This document shows positions 28,624-38,272 of a DNA stretch of 64,000 bases, piece by piece (within the stretch, counting starts at the first letter, position 1; each line of letters opens with the position of its first letter). Origin of the DNA: Candidatus Sabulitectum sp. (GTDB lineage Bacteria; Fermentibacterota; Fermentibacteria; Fermentibacterales; JCC-6). Location: positions 10,007 through 74,006 of the forward strand of contig JAGLDY010000015.1 in the NCBI GenBank assembly GCA_023145375.1, read 5' to 3'. Position numbers and translations under genes: made by a program. The notes below the pieces were generated by a model, which worked only from the letters and a program-made list of their open reading frames with translations, was not told the DNA's origin and ran no database searches.

Positions 28624-31600
28624 TTGTGTTTTTTCAGAAAGGCTATTTTGAATCAAGCACCGCTGTTTATCAGGGAAATGATCCGCAGGGGAGAGGTCTC
28701 AGGCAACTTCAACGGTGCAGTGCTGCTTGCGGACATTATTGGTTTTACCTCAAGATTTGACAGGATGACAGAGCTTGGCGCAGAAGGGGCAGAGCTTGTT
28801 TCCAGGGAAGTAAGCAAAACCCTTTCTGCCGTTGTTGAAATTTGTGCCCGTTTTGGGGGCTTTCCTGTTTCATTTGCAGGTGATGCGGTTGCTCTTGTTT
28901 TCCCGGACGGTCTTGAAGAAGCGCAGTTGGCCTGCCAGCAGATATTAACGCTGGACCCTGGTAGTTTTCTTCCTTTAAGAAGCTCTGTGGGTGTGGGTAC
29001 TGTTGTCTGGGATGCAATTCCCATGGATGGATGGACCTTCTACAGTTTTCAGGGTTCTGCAGTTAGAAATGCAGCTATTGCCAGTTCGAACTGTTCCGTG
29101 GAACCTCCGGTACCGGCAGCTGTTGATGACGAATCGATCTCTGTATCAACAGAAGCTTCTCTCGTCGACTGTTTCAATCCACCTGCTCTATTCGGTGACA
29201 GTGCAGTAAATGAATTCAGGCGCGTGATCAACATTTTCATTTCTCTTGAGAATCGTGCAGGGAGGGACTGCCCGAGAAGTTTTCAGGAGTTTGTTCTAAA
29301 AGTTGCAGGTGAACTCGGCGGTTATGTATCCGGCCTGGAGGCTGTCAGTGAAGACTACCATATTCTGGTAGTATTCGGCGCTCCCATCTCCAGGGAGGAT
29401 GATTCCCGTCGTGCTGATACTTTTCTTCGGAGAGTATTTGCAGAAGCCAACGGCAGGATAAAAGCCGGAACTGCCAGTGGCCTGGTATTCAGTGGTTTGC
29501 TGAGTACACCCCTTCTGGAATCATACACAGTTCTCGGCCCTTCGGTGAATCTGGCAGCCCGTCTGCATAGTTCAGCAGGTTGGAATTCTGTATACAGCGA
29601 TTCTGTGTTTAATAACCTGTCCCGCCTTGGTATCAGGAGTGAGAAGGAGATCTCTCTGAAGGGGATATCGTCGCCTGTAAAGACAATAGTACTGTCTCCG
29701 TGGAAAAAGAGGACAGCCCCGGCGGATCCCGTCCCTCCGCTGATAGAAAGGGATGAACTTCTTCATCAAATTGAATCTGAACTGGAAAGGGATGATGCTC
29801 AGGTATTGCTTACCGGAGTTACCGGCATTGGAAAAACCAGACTGGCAACAGAGTTAAGTCGAAGGATGGGTGATGCCTATGCTATTCCCATCCGGTGTGA
29901 AAGCTCGTCCGGGGGCAGTTCGGATATTTTCTCCAGATTGTTCGGAGAGTGGATTGGTAGTGATACAGGCAAGGGAGGACTTACAGCTTTTCGGGGAAGG
30001 CTGTATGGTTTCATAGATATGCTGGATGAGCTTGATGACTCTGCGGCAGTTGAGGTCTCAGGGGAATTACTCAGGGCGGAATCGGTACTGGCGGCAATGG
30101 CTGGTTTCCACTGGGAGAGATCCCTTTACCAGGGGTTGGATCCCCGTGGCAGATTCCAGAATACAGTCTCTGTTACTGCTGCACTCATCAGAGGTCACAA
30201 CCTTCTGAAGAGGACTGTTCTGTTCTTTGATGATCTTCAGTGGATGGACCCTGATTCTGTGATACTTCTTGCGGCTGTTCTTAAAGAGCTTGGTGAGAAC
30301 AGGCCTCCCGTTGTTCTTCTTGCAAGACCTGGATTGGAAGATACTGTCCGGGATCTTGGCTTGACTCCTCTTGAAATTGACCTGCCTCCGCTTTCCAGAG
30401 AAGGCTGCAACAGTTTTCTGGAGTGGAGCCTGAAAAGAGAGCCTTCAGTGAGACTGCTTGACTGGTTTCATCTGCGTACCGAGGGAATTCCATTTTTCAT
30501 GGAGCAGTATGCCATGCTGCTTACTTCTGCAGAGGATATTCCGGATGAAGATGAATTCCCAGGCAACCTCCATGCACTTCTTGTCGCCAGACTGGACAGG
30601 CTTGAGTCGAACCTCAAGGAGACAGTTCTTGCAGCCAGCGTACTTGGCCGGACCTTCGACCCGGGTATTCTCCAGCAGATCATACCGGGTGATGATCTGG
30701 AAGAAACCCTTCTTGAAGGTGTTGTGGAGAGGGTCTGGGAGCGTGCCGGTGACGGGATGTTCAGTTTTATCCATGTACTGCTCCGAGAGGCTGCTTACAA
30801 TCTTCAACTGCATTCGGAGCGAAGAAGGCTTCATACAAAAGCTGCGGAAGAGATGAAAAGGCAGTGGGCGCATTTACCTGAAAAAGCTCATCGCATAGCT
30901 TTTCATCTTGAGCAGTCTGATCAGTGGGAGGATGGAGCAGAGTGGTTCTTCAAGGCAGGCAAACACTCTTTTTCCAGAAGTATGCTCACCACAAGCCATG
31001 AACAGATGCAGAAGGTTCTTCTCCTTTCCCCTGCTGTTTCAACAAGACTGGATGCACACAGAATGATCTTTGACCTGTACTCATTCAGTGGAGCCTGGAA
31101 GGAAGCGGAAGAAGCCATCAGAGTGGCAGCTTTAGAGGACCTTTCCCACGGGGAACGCGCCAGGATACAAATGATGCGGGTGAATCTTGCCACGAATCTT
31201 GGCAAACCGAAGGAAGCTTCGGAACTGCTGGATGGCATTGAAAAGGCAAACCCCGAGCTGAGACCACAGATACTCAACCATCGCGGGCGTATTCTCATGC
31301 TTCAGGCCAGAACGGAAGAGGCAATGTACCTGCTTCTTGATGTACACAAAGAGCTGAAAAATGGAACCTATGAAGAAAAACTCATTGGTATAAAAGCCCT
31401 GGGGAATGCCTCTGGATGTATGCTGCGTCTGGGCATGAGGTCTGAAGCGGAAGAACCACTCAAGCAGGTTCTTGCATACGCTGTAGAAACTGTGAACCTT
31501 GTGATGGAAACGCTGGCTGTGGGGAATCTTGCTCTGGTCTACAAATACCAGTCGGGCAGGCATAATGAAGCAGTAAGTATGACTCGAAGGCACCTGGAGC

Positions 31601-32250
31601 TGGCGCGGAAGACAGGAAGTCGTCTGCTGGAACTGCAGGCAGTTGGAAACCTGGGCACAATGCTGGAAAGAGAGGCTTCCACCCCAGAGGTTTTTGAGCT
31701 TCTTGAGGAAGCGGTGGAGCTCTCCAGGAAGTATGGAGGGAATGAGTCTCTTTCAATCTCTCTTGCCAATCTGGGCAGAGGGTATCAGAAAGTCGGCAGG
31801 CTTGAACAATCTCTGGAATTTTTCCAGGCCGCTCTTGGTATCTGTTCAAAAGAAGGAATGAGTATTCATCAACTGGATTATGCTTTTGAAACAGCACATG
31901 TTCTAATGGATCTTGGTTTGCTGGACCAGGCTCAGGAACAGATCCGGCAGATAGATCAGTTGCAAATTCCTGAAGATTACCTTTACAGCAGTCTGTGGTG
32001 CAAAAGCAGACTTTTGCGACTTCAAGGCAGAAAGAAGGAAGCCGCCGCTGTTCTGAGAGCAGGGCTGAAGAAGTTTGAAGAGGGCTTGGAAAACTTTGAG
32101 ATTCTGCAGGAACTCTACCTGTCCACAGGTGACAGGAATGTTCTGGAACAGTGCGTGAAACACGGGGAAAAGTATTACATAGAAGAGCCCCAGTGGAGTT
32201 TGCGAAAGCGGCTTGATGAGTTGAAGAAAGACATAGAGAGTATTAGGTGA
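28624..32250 (+). CDS. Class III adenylyl/guanylyl cyclase domain, STAND/AAA_16 NTPase and TPR (1208 aa)
   Basis: The N-terminal cyclase core is AVLLADIIGFT...FAGDAVALVF. Walker A is LLTGVTGIGKTRL and Walker B-like is FFDDLQWMD. A long C-terminal TPR-like repeat region follows. Confidence 0.8.
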   Translation: MCFFRKAILNQAPLFIREMIRRGEVSGNFNGAVLLADIIGFTSRFDRMTELGAEGAELVSREVSKTLSAVVEICARFGGFPVSFAGDAVALVFPDGLEEAQLACQQILTLDPGSFLPLRSSVGVGTVVWDAIPMDGWTFYSFQGSAVRNAAIASSNCSVEPPVPAAVDDESISVSTEASLVDCFNPPALFGDSAVNEFRRVINIFISLENRAGRDCPRSFQEFVLKVAGELGGYVSGLEAVSEDYHILVVFGAPISREDDSRRADTFLRRVFAEANGRIKAGTASGLVFSGLLSTPLLESYTVLGPSVNLAARLHSSAGWNSVYSDSVFNNLSRLGIRSEKEISLKGISSPVKTIVLSPWKKRTAPADPVPPLIERDELLHQIESELERDDAQVLLTGVTGIGKTRLATELSRRMGDAYAIPIRCESSSGGSSDIFSRLFGEWIGSDTGKGGLTAFRGRLYGFIDMLDELDDSAAVEVSGELLRAESVLAAMAGFHWERSLYQGLDPRGRFQNTVSVTAALIRGHNLLKRTVLFFDDLQWMDPDSVILLAAVLKELGENRPPVVLLARPGLEDTVRDLGLTPLEIDLPPLSREGCNSFLEWSLKREPSVRLLDWFHLRTEGIPFFMEQYAMLLTSAEDIPDEDEFPGNLHALLVARLDRLESNLKETVLAASVLGRTFDPGILQQIIPGDDLEETLLEGVVERVWERAGDGMFSFIHVLLREAAYNLQLHSERRRLHTKAAEEMKRQWAHLPEKAHRIAFHLEQSDQWEDGAEWFFKAGKHSFSRSMLTTSHEQMQKVLLLSPAVSTRLDAHRMIFDLYSFSGAWKEAEEAIRVAALEDLSHGERARIQMMRVNLATNLGKPKEASELLDGIEKANPELRPQILNHRGRILMLQARTEEAMYLLLDVHKELKNGTYEEKLIGIKALGNASGCMLRLGMRSEAEEPLKQVLAYAVETVNLVMETLAVGNLALVYKYQSGRHNEAVSMTRRHLELARKTGSRLLELQAVGNLGTMLEREASTPEVFELLEEAVELSRKYGGNESLSISLANLGRGYQKVGRLEQSLEFFQAALGICSKEGMSIHQLDYAFETAHVLMDLGLLDQAQEQIRQIDQLQIPEDYLYSSLWCKSRLLRLQGRKKEAAAVLRAGLKKFEEGLENFEILQELYLSTGDRNVLEQCVKHGEKYYIEEPQWSLRKRLDELKKDIESIR

Positions 32251-32402
32251 GAACTCTTCAGAAAAAATAGATTAAGCTTTTGTCACTGTGGCGGACAATT
32301 CATCACGAAAGTCAAAAGCAGACCTTAACTCTAGATCTGGAGAAAACACAACGGTATGAACAGGGTGCGTTCCCAACCGCTACTTTGTTCTTTCACTCTT
32401 TT

Positions 32403-33572
32403 CTACTCTTCCGGGTAGCTTTCCTTAATTTCTCTGAGAGCTTCAAGTTGAGATATGAAGTGATCTCTCAAGTTCGGGTCAAATTTGTTCTTGAACAATT
32501 TTTCCATTTCATCGTTTACCCTGCTGTCAGTCCATGGCTCCTTGTATGCTCTCTTTGAACTGAGTGCATCAAACACATCGGCGATGGATGTAATTCTGGC
32601 CATGAAGGGAATCTCTTCCCCTTTGAGCCCATTGGGGTATCCGGAGCCGTCCCAGTTCTCATGGTGGCTTAAGGCAATATCTCTGGCCATCTCATCAAAG
32701 GTAGATTCACAATTCTGCAGAACTTCAGCACCTATGGAACAGTGGTTCTCCATGGTGCTTCGTTCTTCAGCGGTAAGCTTGTCCGGTTTTTTCAGGATGC
32801 TGTCGCTTATCCCGGTTTTGCCAAGATCATGGAGCATTGCAGCCATTCTTAGAATATCACGGTTATGGGTTCTGTCGCTATCTTGGATCTTGTGGGCTTT
32901 TGCCCAGGAGTCATAGATCGCAACGGAGTAACTTCCGACTCTGTTTACATGGGGTCCCGTCTCTTTCGGATCCCTGAATTCCGTCATTCTCACCATTCGC
33001 ATAAGCAGAGTTCTTGTCATCATTGCCCGCTCAAGAGCAAGAGCCCCCAGGGTGGCGTAGTATTTACCAAAAAGTTCCATTGGGGATTGGAAGGGGATGA
33101 ACTCTCTCTGGTCAGCTTTTGCATTGATAAGCTGCAGTATGCCCACCACCGCATGCCGGTTGTTTATCAGGGGCAGAGTCAAAGTGGATATGGTGCGGTA
33201 GTATGAGATCCTGTCGTAACTGTCATCAAAAGAGTATGGAGCTTCCCCCGAAATCTTCCGGACATCATCGATGTTGAGTATTTCGCCGGTGCATGCCACA
33301 TACCCTGCCATGCTGCTTTTTGTTTTTGGAATAGTGAAACGGGTGTAGGGAATCCTCTTCCCACGGGAGGTCATTGTGTCGTTCTGTGAATGACGGAAGG
33401 AGAGAACATCTCCTTCGACTGTGTAGATAGATCCCGCATCAGCGTTGGTAAAGAACCTGGCCTCTGTAAGGATATGTTCCAGCAGGATATCAATGTCACC
33501 GATGTTTACAAGAATAGCCCCTGCAGCCAGAACTCTCTCAAAAGATTCACTGTATGGGGAAACGGTGGGCAT
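32403..33572 (-). CDS. GAF-domain HD-GYP phosphodiesterase, likely specific for c-di-GMP
   Basis: The N-terminal domain is GAF-like. The HD-GYP catalytic motifs are LHDLGK and HHENWDGSGYP. Confidence 0.8.
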   Translation of the reverse strand: MPTVSPYSESFERVLAAGAILVNIGDIDILLEHILTEARFFTNADAGSIYTVEGDVLSFRHSQNDTMTSRGKRIPYTRFTIPKTKSSMAGYVACTGEILNIDDVRKISGEAPYSFDDSYDRISYYRTISTLTLPLINNRHAVVGILQLINAKADQREFIPFQSPMELFGKYYATLGALALERAMMTRTLLMRMVRMTEFRDPKETGPHVNRVGSYSVAIYDSWAKAHKIQDSDRTHNRDILRMAAMLHDLGKTGISDSILKKPDKLTAEERSTMENHCSIGAEVLQNCESTFDEMARDIALSHHENWDGSGYPNGLKGEEIPFMARITSIADVFDALSSKRAYKEPWTDSRVNDEMEKLFKNKFDPNLRDHFISQLEALREIKESYPEE

Positions 33573-33757
33573 AGCAATCCTTTCTTCGTGTTTTTAAGAT
33601 ATGCGAAAGTACCGGTTCATGCAATGGCTCAGTGGTTTAACGCTTCAAGAAGAATGTTCTGAACAGCAACAGAGCAGTCCTCAGGGATGCATCCAGTTTG
33701 CCGGCGGGAATTGATTCATCCGGATAATTTCTTATGCTTCTTCTATTTCTGATGATC

Positions 33758-34870
33758 TCAAGCATTGTGCCCCTTAGCAGTGGTGTTCATTATCTCAAGC
33801 ATTTTCTCGCTGGTTTTGTCCCAGTTGAAACCCTTTGCCCATGAAAGTGCATTTTGTGCAAGAGCCTTCCTTTTTTCGGGATTGGTGAGAATGCTTTCCA
33901 GAGCGTCTGCCATGGCAGCTGGATCTTCATGTTTTACCAGAATGCCCGTCTTCCCGTTTACTACAGAATCACGAAGACCGTCAGAATCACTGGCAACCAC
34001 CGGGGTGCCGCAACAGTTTGCTTCAATAACTGTAAGGCCCCAGCCCTCTTTTGCAGAGGGGAACACTGCTACATATGCTTTCTGCAACCATCTGAGTTTG
34101 TCTTCCTGGGGTATGAACCCCTCAAAAGTTACTTTTTCCTGCAGATTCAGCTTACCCACCAGCAATTTCAGTGAGTGAGAGTAGTCTCCCTCTCCGATCA
34201 CTGTGAGATTAGTGTGAATGTCTCTGCTCTGAAGTATTTTCATCGCCTTGAGCAGATGCTGGACACCTTTGTACTTTTTCAGACGTCCCACAAAAAGAAG
34301 TCTTCCCGGTTCAGGGGCAATGGCAGGGTCCTGCCTGTAGAAGTCAGTATCTATTCCGCAGGGAATCACACTTATCCGCTCAGCTGGTATACCTCTTCTA
34401 ACAAGATCATCCTTTGTGCTGTTGCTGATCGCAACAAAATTGCTGTTGCCGTAAACACGGGGTATCATTGCTTCAAGCATGTTCACATAGAGCGCTTTCA
34501 GCGGAGAGACCTCTCTGTATGCCGTTGTGCCAAACAGGTGCGGAACAATTGCCAGTACAGGTGTATTTGACCAACTGGGGGAGAAAACCGGCACCTTGCA
34601 GATGTCTTCGATTATCAGGTCGAAGGAATCAAGATCAAGTAACTTGCAGTATTTTTTCAAGGTGAAATTGTAAGAGTACCATTTTCCATGACGGTGGATC
34701 TGCACGCCGTCGATCACCTCTTTGTCAGGCAGCCATTGAATTGAATGTGAGACATGGATCACTTCGTGGCCTGCTGCAACAACCCTTTTTAGGATCTCAT
34801 GAAGATGGATCTCTGCTCCGCCTGCCTCAGGGTTGTGAGGGTCTCTCCAGTTCAATGCTAGAATTTTCAC
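33758..34870 (-). CDS. Glycosyltransferase family 4 (GT-B)
   Basis: It has the EGWGLTVIEANCCGTPVVASD motif. Confidence 0.8.
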   Translation of the reverse strand: MKILALNWRDPHNPEAGGAEIHLHEILKRVVAAGHEVIHVSHSIQWLPDKEVIDGVQIHRHGKWYSYNFTLKKYCKLLDLDSFDLIIEDICKVPVFSPSWSNTPVLAIVPHLFGTTAYREVSPLKALYVNMLEAMIPRVYGNSNFVAISNSTKDDLVRRGIPAERISVIPCGIDTDFYRQDPAIAPEPGRLLFVGRLKKYKGVQHLLKAMKILQSRDIHTNLTVIGEGDYSHSLKLLVGKLNLQEKVTFEGFIPQEDKLRWLQKAYVAVFPSAKEGWGLTVIEANCCGTPVVASDSDGLRDSVVNGKTGILVKHEDPAAMADALESILTNPEKRKALAQNALSWAKGFNWDKTSEKMLEIMNTTAKGHNA

Positions 34871-35646
34871 TGTTTTTCCGGCTTTCTGGCAAATACGCCG
34901 ATCACTACAGCGGTTCTAGGTCCCAGCCAGCTCTGTTCCACAGCCTCTCTCACCCTTGTTCGGAGCCTGTGGACCGCGGGAATGATCACCGGTTTCATTG
35001 GCAGTTTGATCCCGATCTTCATAAGAACCTCACGGGTCATTCTGTAACCCAGAGAGGGGGAGAAATACCTTCCATATACTGACCATGGTTCAATGCCGTG
35101 TTCCCGGAGATAGCTGCTCAACTGCTTTTCCGTGTACTGTGTTTCCCAGCCGGCAAACCAGGCATTTAGCGCAATAAGAGTTTTCTTGATCACTGTGTAG
35201 ATGTGAAAGGTCTGGGGAACATCAACAAGGATATCCCCACCGGGCTTTGTTACCCTTATGCACTCATCTGTCATTGGGTCTGTATCTTTAAAATGTTCCA
35301 TAACTCCCTGGTGGAAAACCAGATCGAATGTGTCTGCTTTAAATGGAAGCGCATTTGCATCACCACACACCAGAAAGAGTGTCTTTTCCTTTTCTGTGGC
35401 AGCTGCCCGGGCGAGTTTCAGTGCAGCATGTGAATAATCCAGAGCAACAGGCAGGGCTCCGTCCTCGGCAAGAGCAACACTGTCTCTTGCTGTGGCAGCA
35501 CCTACTTCAAGAGTGAGCATGTTCTGCAGGCTGAGTCGCTTTCTGACCTCTACCCTTATCCTGTCATCATTATCGTAGATTTCGGAAAGGTCTCTTTCCC
35601 TTTCCCAGAATCTGTCCCAGTGTGATCTTTCAGACGAACGGGCCAT
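34867..35646 (-). CDS. Methyltransferase-domain protein (Methyltransf_11-like) with an atypical motif I
   Basis: It has DLVFHQGVMEHF and TKPGGDILV. Motif I reads LEVGAATARD, which is GAATA rather than GxGxG. It overlaps the GT4 gene by 4 nt. Confidence 0.5.
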   Translation of the reverse strand: MARSSERSHWDRFWERERDLSEIYDNDDRIRVEVRKRLSLQNMLTLEVGAATARDSVALAEDGALPVALDYSHAALKLARAAATEKEKTLFLVCGDANALPFKADTFDLVFHQGVMEHFKDTDPMTDECIRVTKPGGDILVDVPQTFHIYTVIKKTLIALNAWFAGWETQYTEKQLSSYLREHGIEPWSVYGRYFSPSLGYRMTREVLMKIGIKLPMKPVIIPAVHRLRTRVREAVEQSWLGPRTAVVIGVFARKPEKQ

Positions 35647-35779
35647 TCCCCTCCTTTACTGCTTCCATTCCGTAATCTACAATATCGCAAAGAAGTTGAC
35701 CAATCAGGTGGTAATTGAATATATACCTGCCATCCAGGGATATTACCGAGCAGTAAGCAAGCATAAGGATGAACAATAT

Positions 35780-36283
35780 ATGAACTTGTCTCTCAGGCGT
35801 TTTGAGGAAAAAGATCTGGCTCATCTTGATGCATGGAGCCATGCTGTAGGTGCTCACAAGTATATGCAGAAGATCACACCTCTGAACTATTCATCCCCGG
35901 GGGACCTGGACCACTGGGGGACAGATTTTGTCTGGTTTGCGATCACAGTTAACGGAGAGGCTATCGGTGGAGTCTGGATAGACAGAAGGCGTCCCGGTGA
36001 TACTCTTGGAATACTGGGAATCCTCATCGGCAGGCCTGATATCCTTGGAAAGGGCATTGGCCGCCGTTCAATTGAAACAGCTATCCGCGAGGCCGTACAG
36101 GTTCTTGGGATCTCCCGTGTCAGACTTACGGTGCGAAAGGCCAACGAGAGAGCCATCAGAGCGTATCGCAGCACAGGCTTCGAGGTTACCGGAGAGGGAA
36201 CTGCCACCCTTGAAGATGGGACATCTGTACCATTCTATCGCATGGAATCAGATATTTTAGAAGAAGCAGCCCCGGCGATATAG
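35780..36283 (+). CDS. GNAT-family N-acetyltransferase
   Basis: The start is taken at MNLSLRRFEEKD. The acetyl-CoA-binding motif is GRPDILGKGIGRRSIE. Confidence 0.7.
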   Translation: MNLSLRRFEEKDLAHLDAWSHAVGAHKYMQKITPLNYSSPGDLDHWGTDFVWFAITVNGEAIGGVWIDRRRPGDTLGILGILIGRPDILGKGIGRRSIETAIREAVQVLGISRVRLTVRKANERAIRAYRSTGFEVTGEGTATLEDGTSVPFYRMESDILEEAAPAI

Positions 36284-36369
36284 TATTCCTTTTTTCCCAT
36301 TTATGCTTTTAAGGTTGCCCGACACAACCGCAGGTATTATTAACAAGGTAATACTATCAGGAGGGGAAC

Positions 36370-36705
36370 ATGAAAGCCGTTAAGATCATCCTTGCAGTTG
36401 CCGGAGTAACTCTTGTGTTCTCCGGTCTTGTCTTTGTCATTGGAAGAAGACCGGTAACAGGCGCTGTTATGCTTGGGATCGGTGTCTTTATGATCATTTA
36501 CGGCCTGAGAAAACCAAAAACAAGAGATGTTGTGGTAAGGCGGGAGCTTGAGCTCTCCGGTGATGTGGATATTGAGAGTATGAAGTGCAACCAGTGCGGA
36601 GGCACCCTCTCCTCTGAGAATGTGTCAGTAAAAGCTGGAGCGGTGTTCGTCTCATGCCCGTACTGCGGCAGTGAATATCAGATAGAGGAGGCGCCCAAAT
36701 GGTGA
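36370..36705 (+). CDS. Small membrane protein with a C-terminal zinc-ribbon (CxxC...CxxC)
   Basis: It has two TM helices, followed by CNQCGG and CPYCGS. It overlaps the DUF2207 gene start by 7 nt. Confidence 0.55.
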   Translation: MKAVKIILAVAGVTLVFSGLVFVIGRRPVTGAVMLGIGVFMIIYGLRKPKTRDVVVRRELELSGDVDIESMKCNQCGGTLSSENVSVKAGAVFVSCPYCGSEYQIEEAPKW

Positions 36706-38270
36706 AGAGCCTGCTTATTCTTCTTTTGCTTCTCATCCCTCTTTCTGCAAGTGGTCAGAATTATGATTTCTCTATTCCGGAGTTCAAATGTGTGGTGGAG
36801 GTGAACAGGGACAGAAGCCTTGATATAAGCTACGATATCTTCTTTGAGTGCACCCCGGGCTACAGCAGTATAGACATTGTTGATATTGGATTTCCTTCAA
36901 GCGACTTCAGTCTGTCCGATGTGGAGGCTGGTGTGGACAGCCATACTCTTTCCCGTATTTACTATTCAACCTATATAGACAATGGTGTAGAGGTTCATCT
37001 GGACGGAAATGCCATCCATTCGGGAGAGCAGGGACATTTCCGGTTCACCGGCGTGAACAGAGATATGGTCTTTCTGGATACAGAGGAAGATGACTATGCT
37101 TCCATGGAGTTCTCCCCAACATGGTTTGATGGTGGGATACTCAGCGGTTCAAGTGATTTTACCCTGATCGTGGTCTTTCCTCCCGGGGCAGACCCCGACC
37201 TTGTCAGGCACCATGCCAGACCCTTCACCAGCTCCACAGTTGATAAGGACGGTCGGGTGGTATACACCTGGGAAGAGACCAGGCGTGTTGATTCAAAGTA
37301 CATCGTAGGTATCTCGTTTCCGGTGGCTCTGGTTGATGGACCTCTTCTGGAAAGACCCGGGGAACCCTTTTTAAGCGAAGGTGCTCTTGTCGCACTGGCT
37401 GGTTTTGCTTTCTTTTTCCTTTTCTTTGGCTTCATGATATTAATAATTGTCAAAGCAGTAATTAAAGCAAAGCGTAGAAGAGAAGAGTACCTTCCTCCGA
37501 AACTCGGCCTTGAGGGTTCTGGAATAAGGCGAGGGCTGACAGCGCCTCTCGCGGCGTTGCTTCTTGAGGAGAAGCTGGACAGGATATTCGTTCTTATAGT
37601 CTTCGGGCTTTTAAAGAAAGGCAGTCTTCAGTTTGATGAAGATCAACTTGAAAAGACCGGCCTGACAGATGGCCTTCGGTCTTACGAAAAAGAGTTGCTT
37701 GCACTTTTTCCCGATGGTCCTTCCGGCAAGCCTGTTCCTGAAGAAGAGATAAGAAAGATATTCCTCGGCATGATCGAGGTTCTTGAGAAGAAAATGGAAG
37801 GATTCTCTCTTAAAGAAACTCAGGCATACTACAGGAGTGTCATAGAAAGCGCCTGGAAGATGGTATCTGCTGATCGTTCCGCTGAAAAAGCCGGTGAGAT
37901 CCTTGGTGAAAGATTCCAGTGGCTTCTGGCAGACGGGAAATATGATTCCAGAGCAAGGAAGCTTCCCTCAGATACTGACATTCTTCTTCCCATGTACATG
38001 TACGGCTTTTTTCCCGGGACTTCGCGAATGATTCATGGGAGTTCCAGCACTGGTGGAATGAACCTTTCACAGGCCTGCACGCAGGTTGCAGGGGCTCTGG
38101 AAAGAACAGCAGGTAACGCTGTGAGCAATATCACAAGGTTGTCTTCTTCGGTGACTGCAAAGACAAACCCGGTTCCTGTATCTACTTCCAGGGGTTCAAG
38201 CGGTGGTGGATGCGCCTGTGCGTGCGCCTGCGCAGGATGTGCCTGCGCCTGTGCAGGGGGAGGAAGGTAA
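36699..38270 (+). CDS. DUF2207-like membrane protein with a C-terminal (Cys-Ala)n tail
   Basis: The signal peptide is MVKSLLILLLLLIPLSASG, and there is an internal TM helix (ALAGFAFFFLFFGFMILIIV). The C-terminus is SSGGGCACACACAGCACACAGGGR. The codons at 38211-38255 vary synonymously (TGC/TGT, GCC/GCG/GCA), which argues for protein-level selection. An RBS (GAGGAGG) precedes the start. Confidence 0.7.
   Translation: MVKSLLILLLLLIPLSASGQNYDFSIPEFKCVVEVNRDRSLDISYDIFFECTPGYSSIDIVDIGFPSSDFSLSDVEAGVDSHTLSRIYYSTYIDNGVEVHLDGNAIHSGEQGHFRFTGVNRDMVFLDTEEDDYASMEFSPTWFDGGILSGSSDFTLIVVFPPGADPDLVRHHARPFTSSTVDKDGRVVYTWEETRRVDSKYIVGISFPVALVDGPLLERPGEPFLSEGALVALAGFAFFFLFFGFMILIIVKAVIKAKRRREEYLPPKLGLEGSGIRRGLTAPLAALLLEEKLDRIFVLIVFGLLKKGSLQFDEDQLEKTGLTDGLRSYEKELLALFPDGPSGKPVPEEEIRKIFLGMIEVLEKKMEGFSLKETQAYYRSVIESAWKMVSADRSAEKAGEILGERFQWLLADGKYDSRARKLPSDTDILLPMYMYGFFPGTSRMIHGSSSTGGMNLSQACTQVAGALERTAGNAVSNITRLSSSVTAKTNPVPVSTSRGSSGGGCACACACAGCACACAGGGR
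38211..38255 (+). repeat. (Cys-Ala)n-encoding microrepeat at the DUF2207 C-terminus
   Basis: The codon run is TGC GCC TGT GCG TGC GCC TGC GCA GGA TGT GCC TGC GCC TGT GCA. The shifted frame of this run creates the spurious N-terminal extension of the next ORF in the track. Confidence 0.8.
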
Positions 38271-38272
38271 TC

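Noticed and set aside
38205-38262. GC-rich short tandem repeat (TGCGCCTGTGC-like), considered as a possible CRISPR or simple-sequence repeat
   Set aside because: It has only two or three short units inside a coding frame. Synonymous codon variation shows that it encodes a Cys-Ala peptide repeat, not a CRISPR array.
38210-38272. ORF-track N-terminal extension of the rSAM protein (MRLCVRLRRMCLRLCRGRKVI...)
   Set aside because: It is the shifted reading frame of the Cys-Ala repeat codons of the upstream gene. The ATG at 38273, with a strong RBS just after the DUF2207 stop, is the more plausible start.
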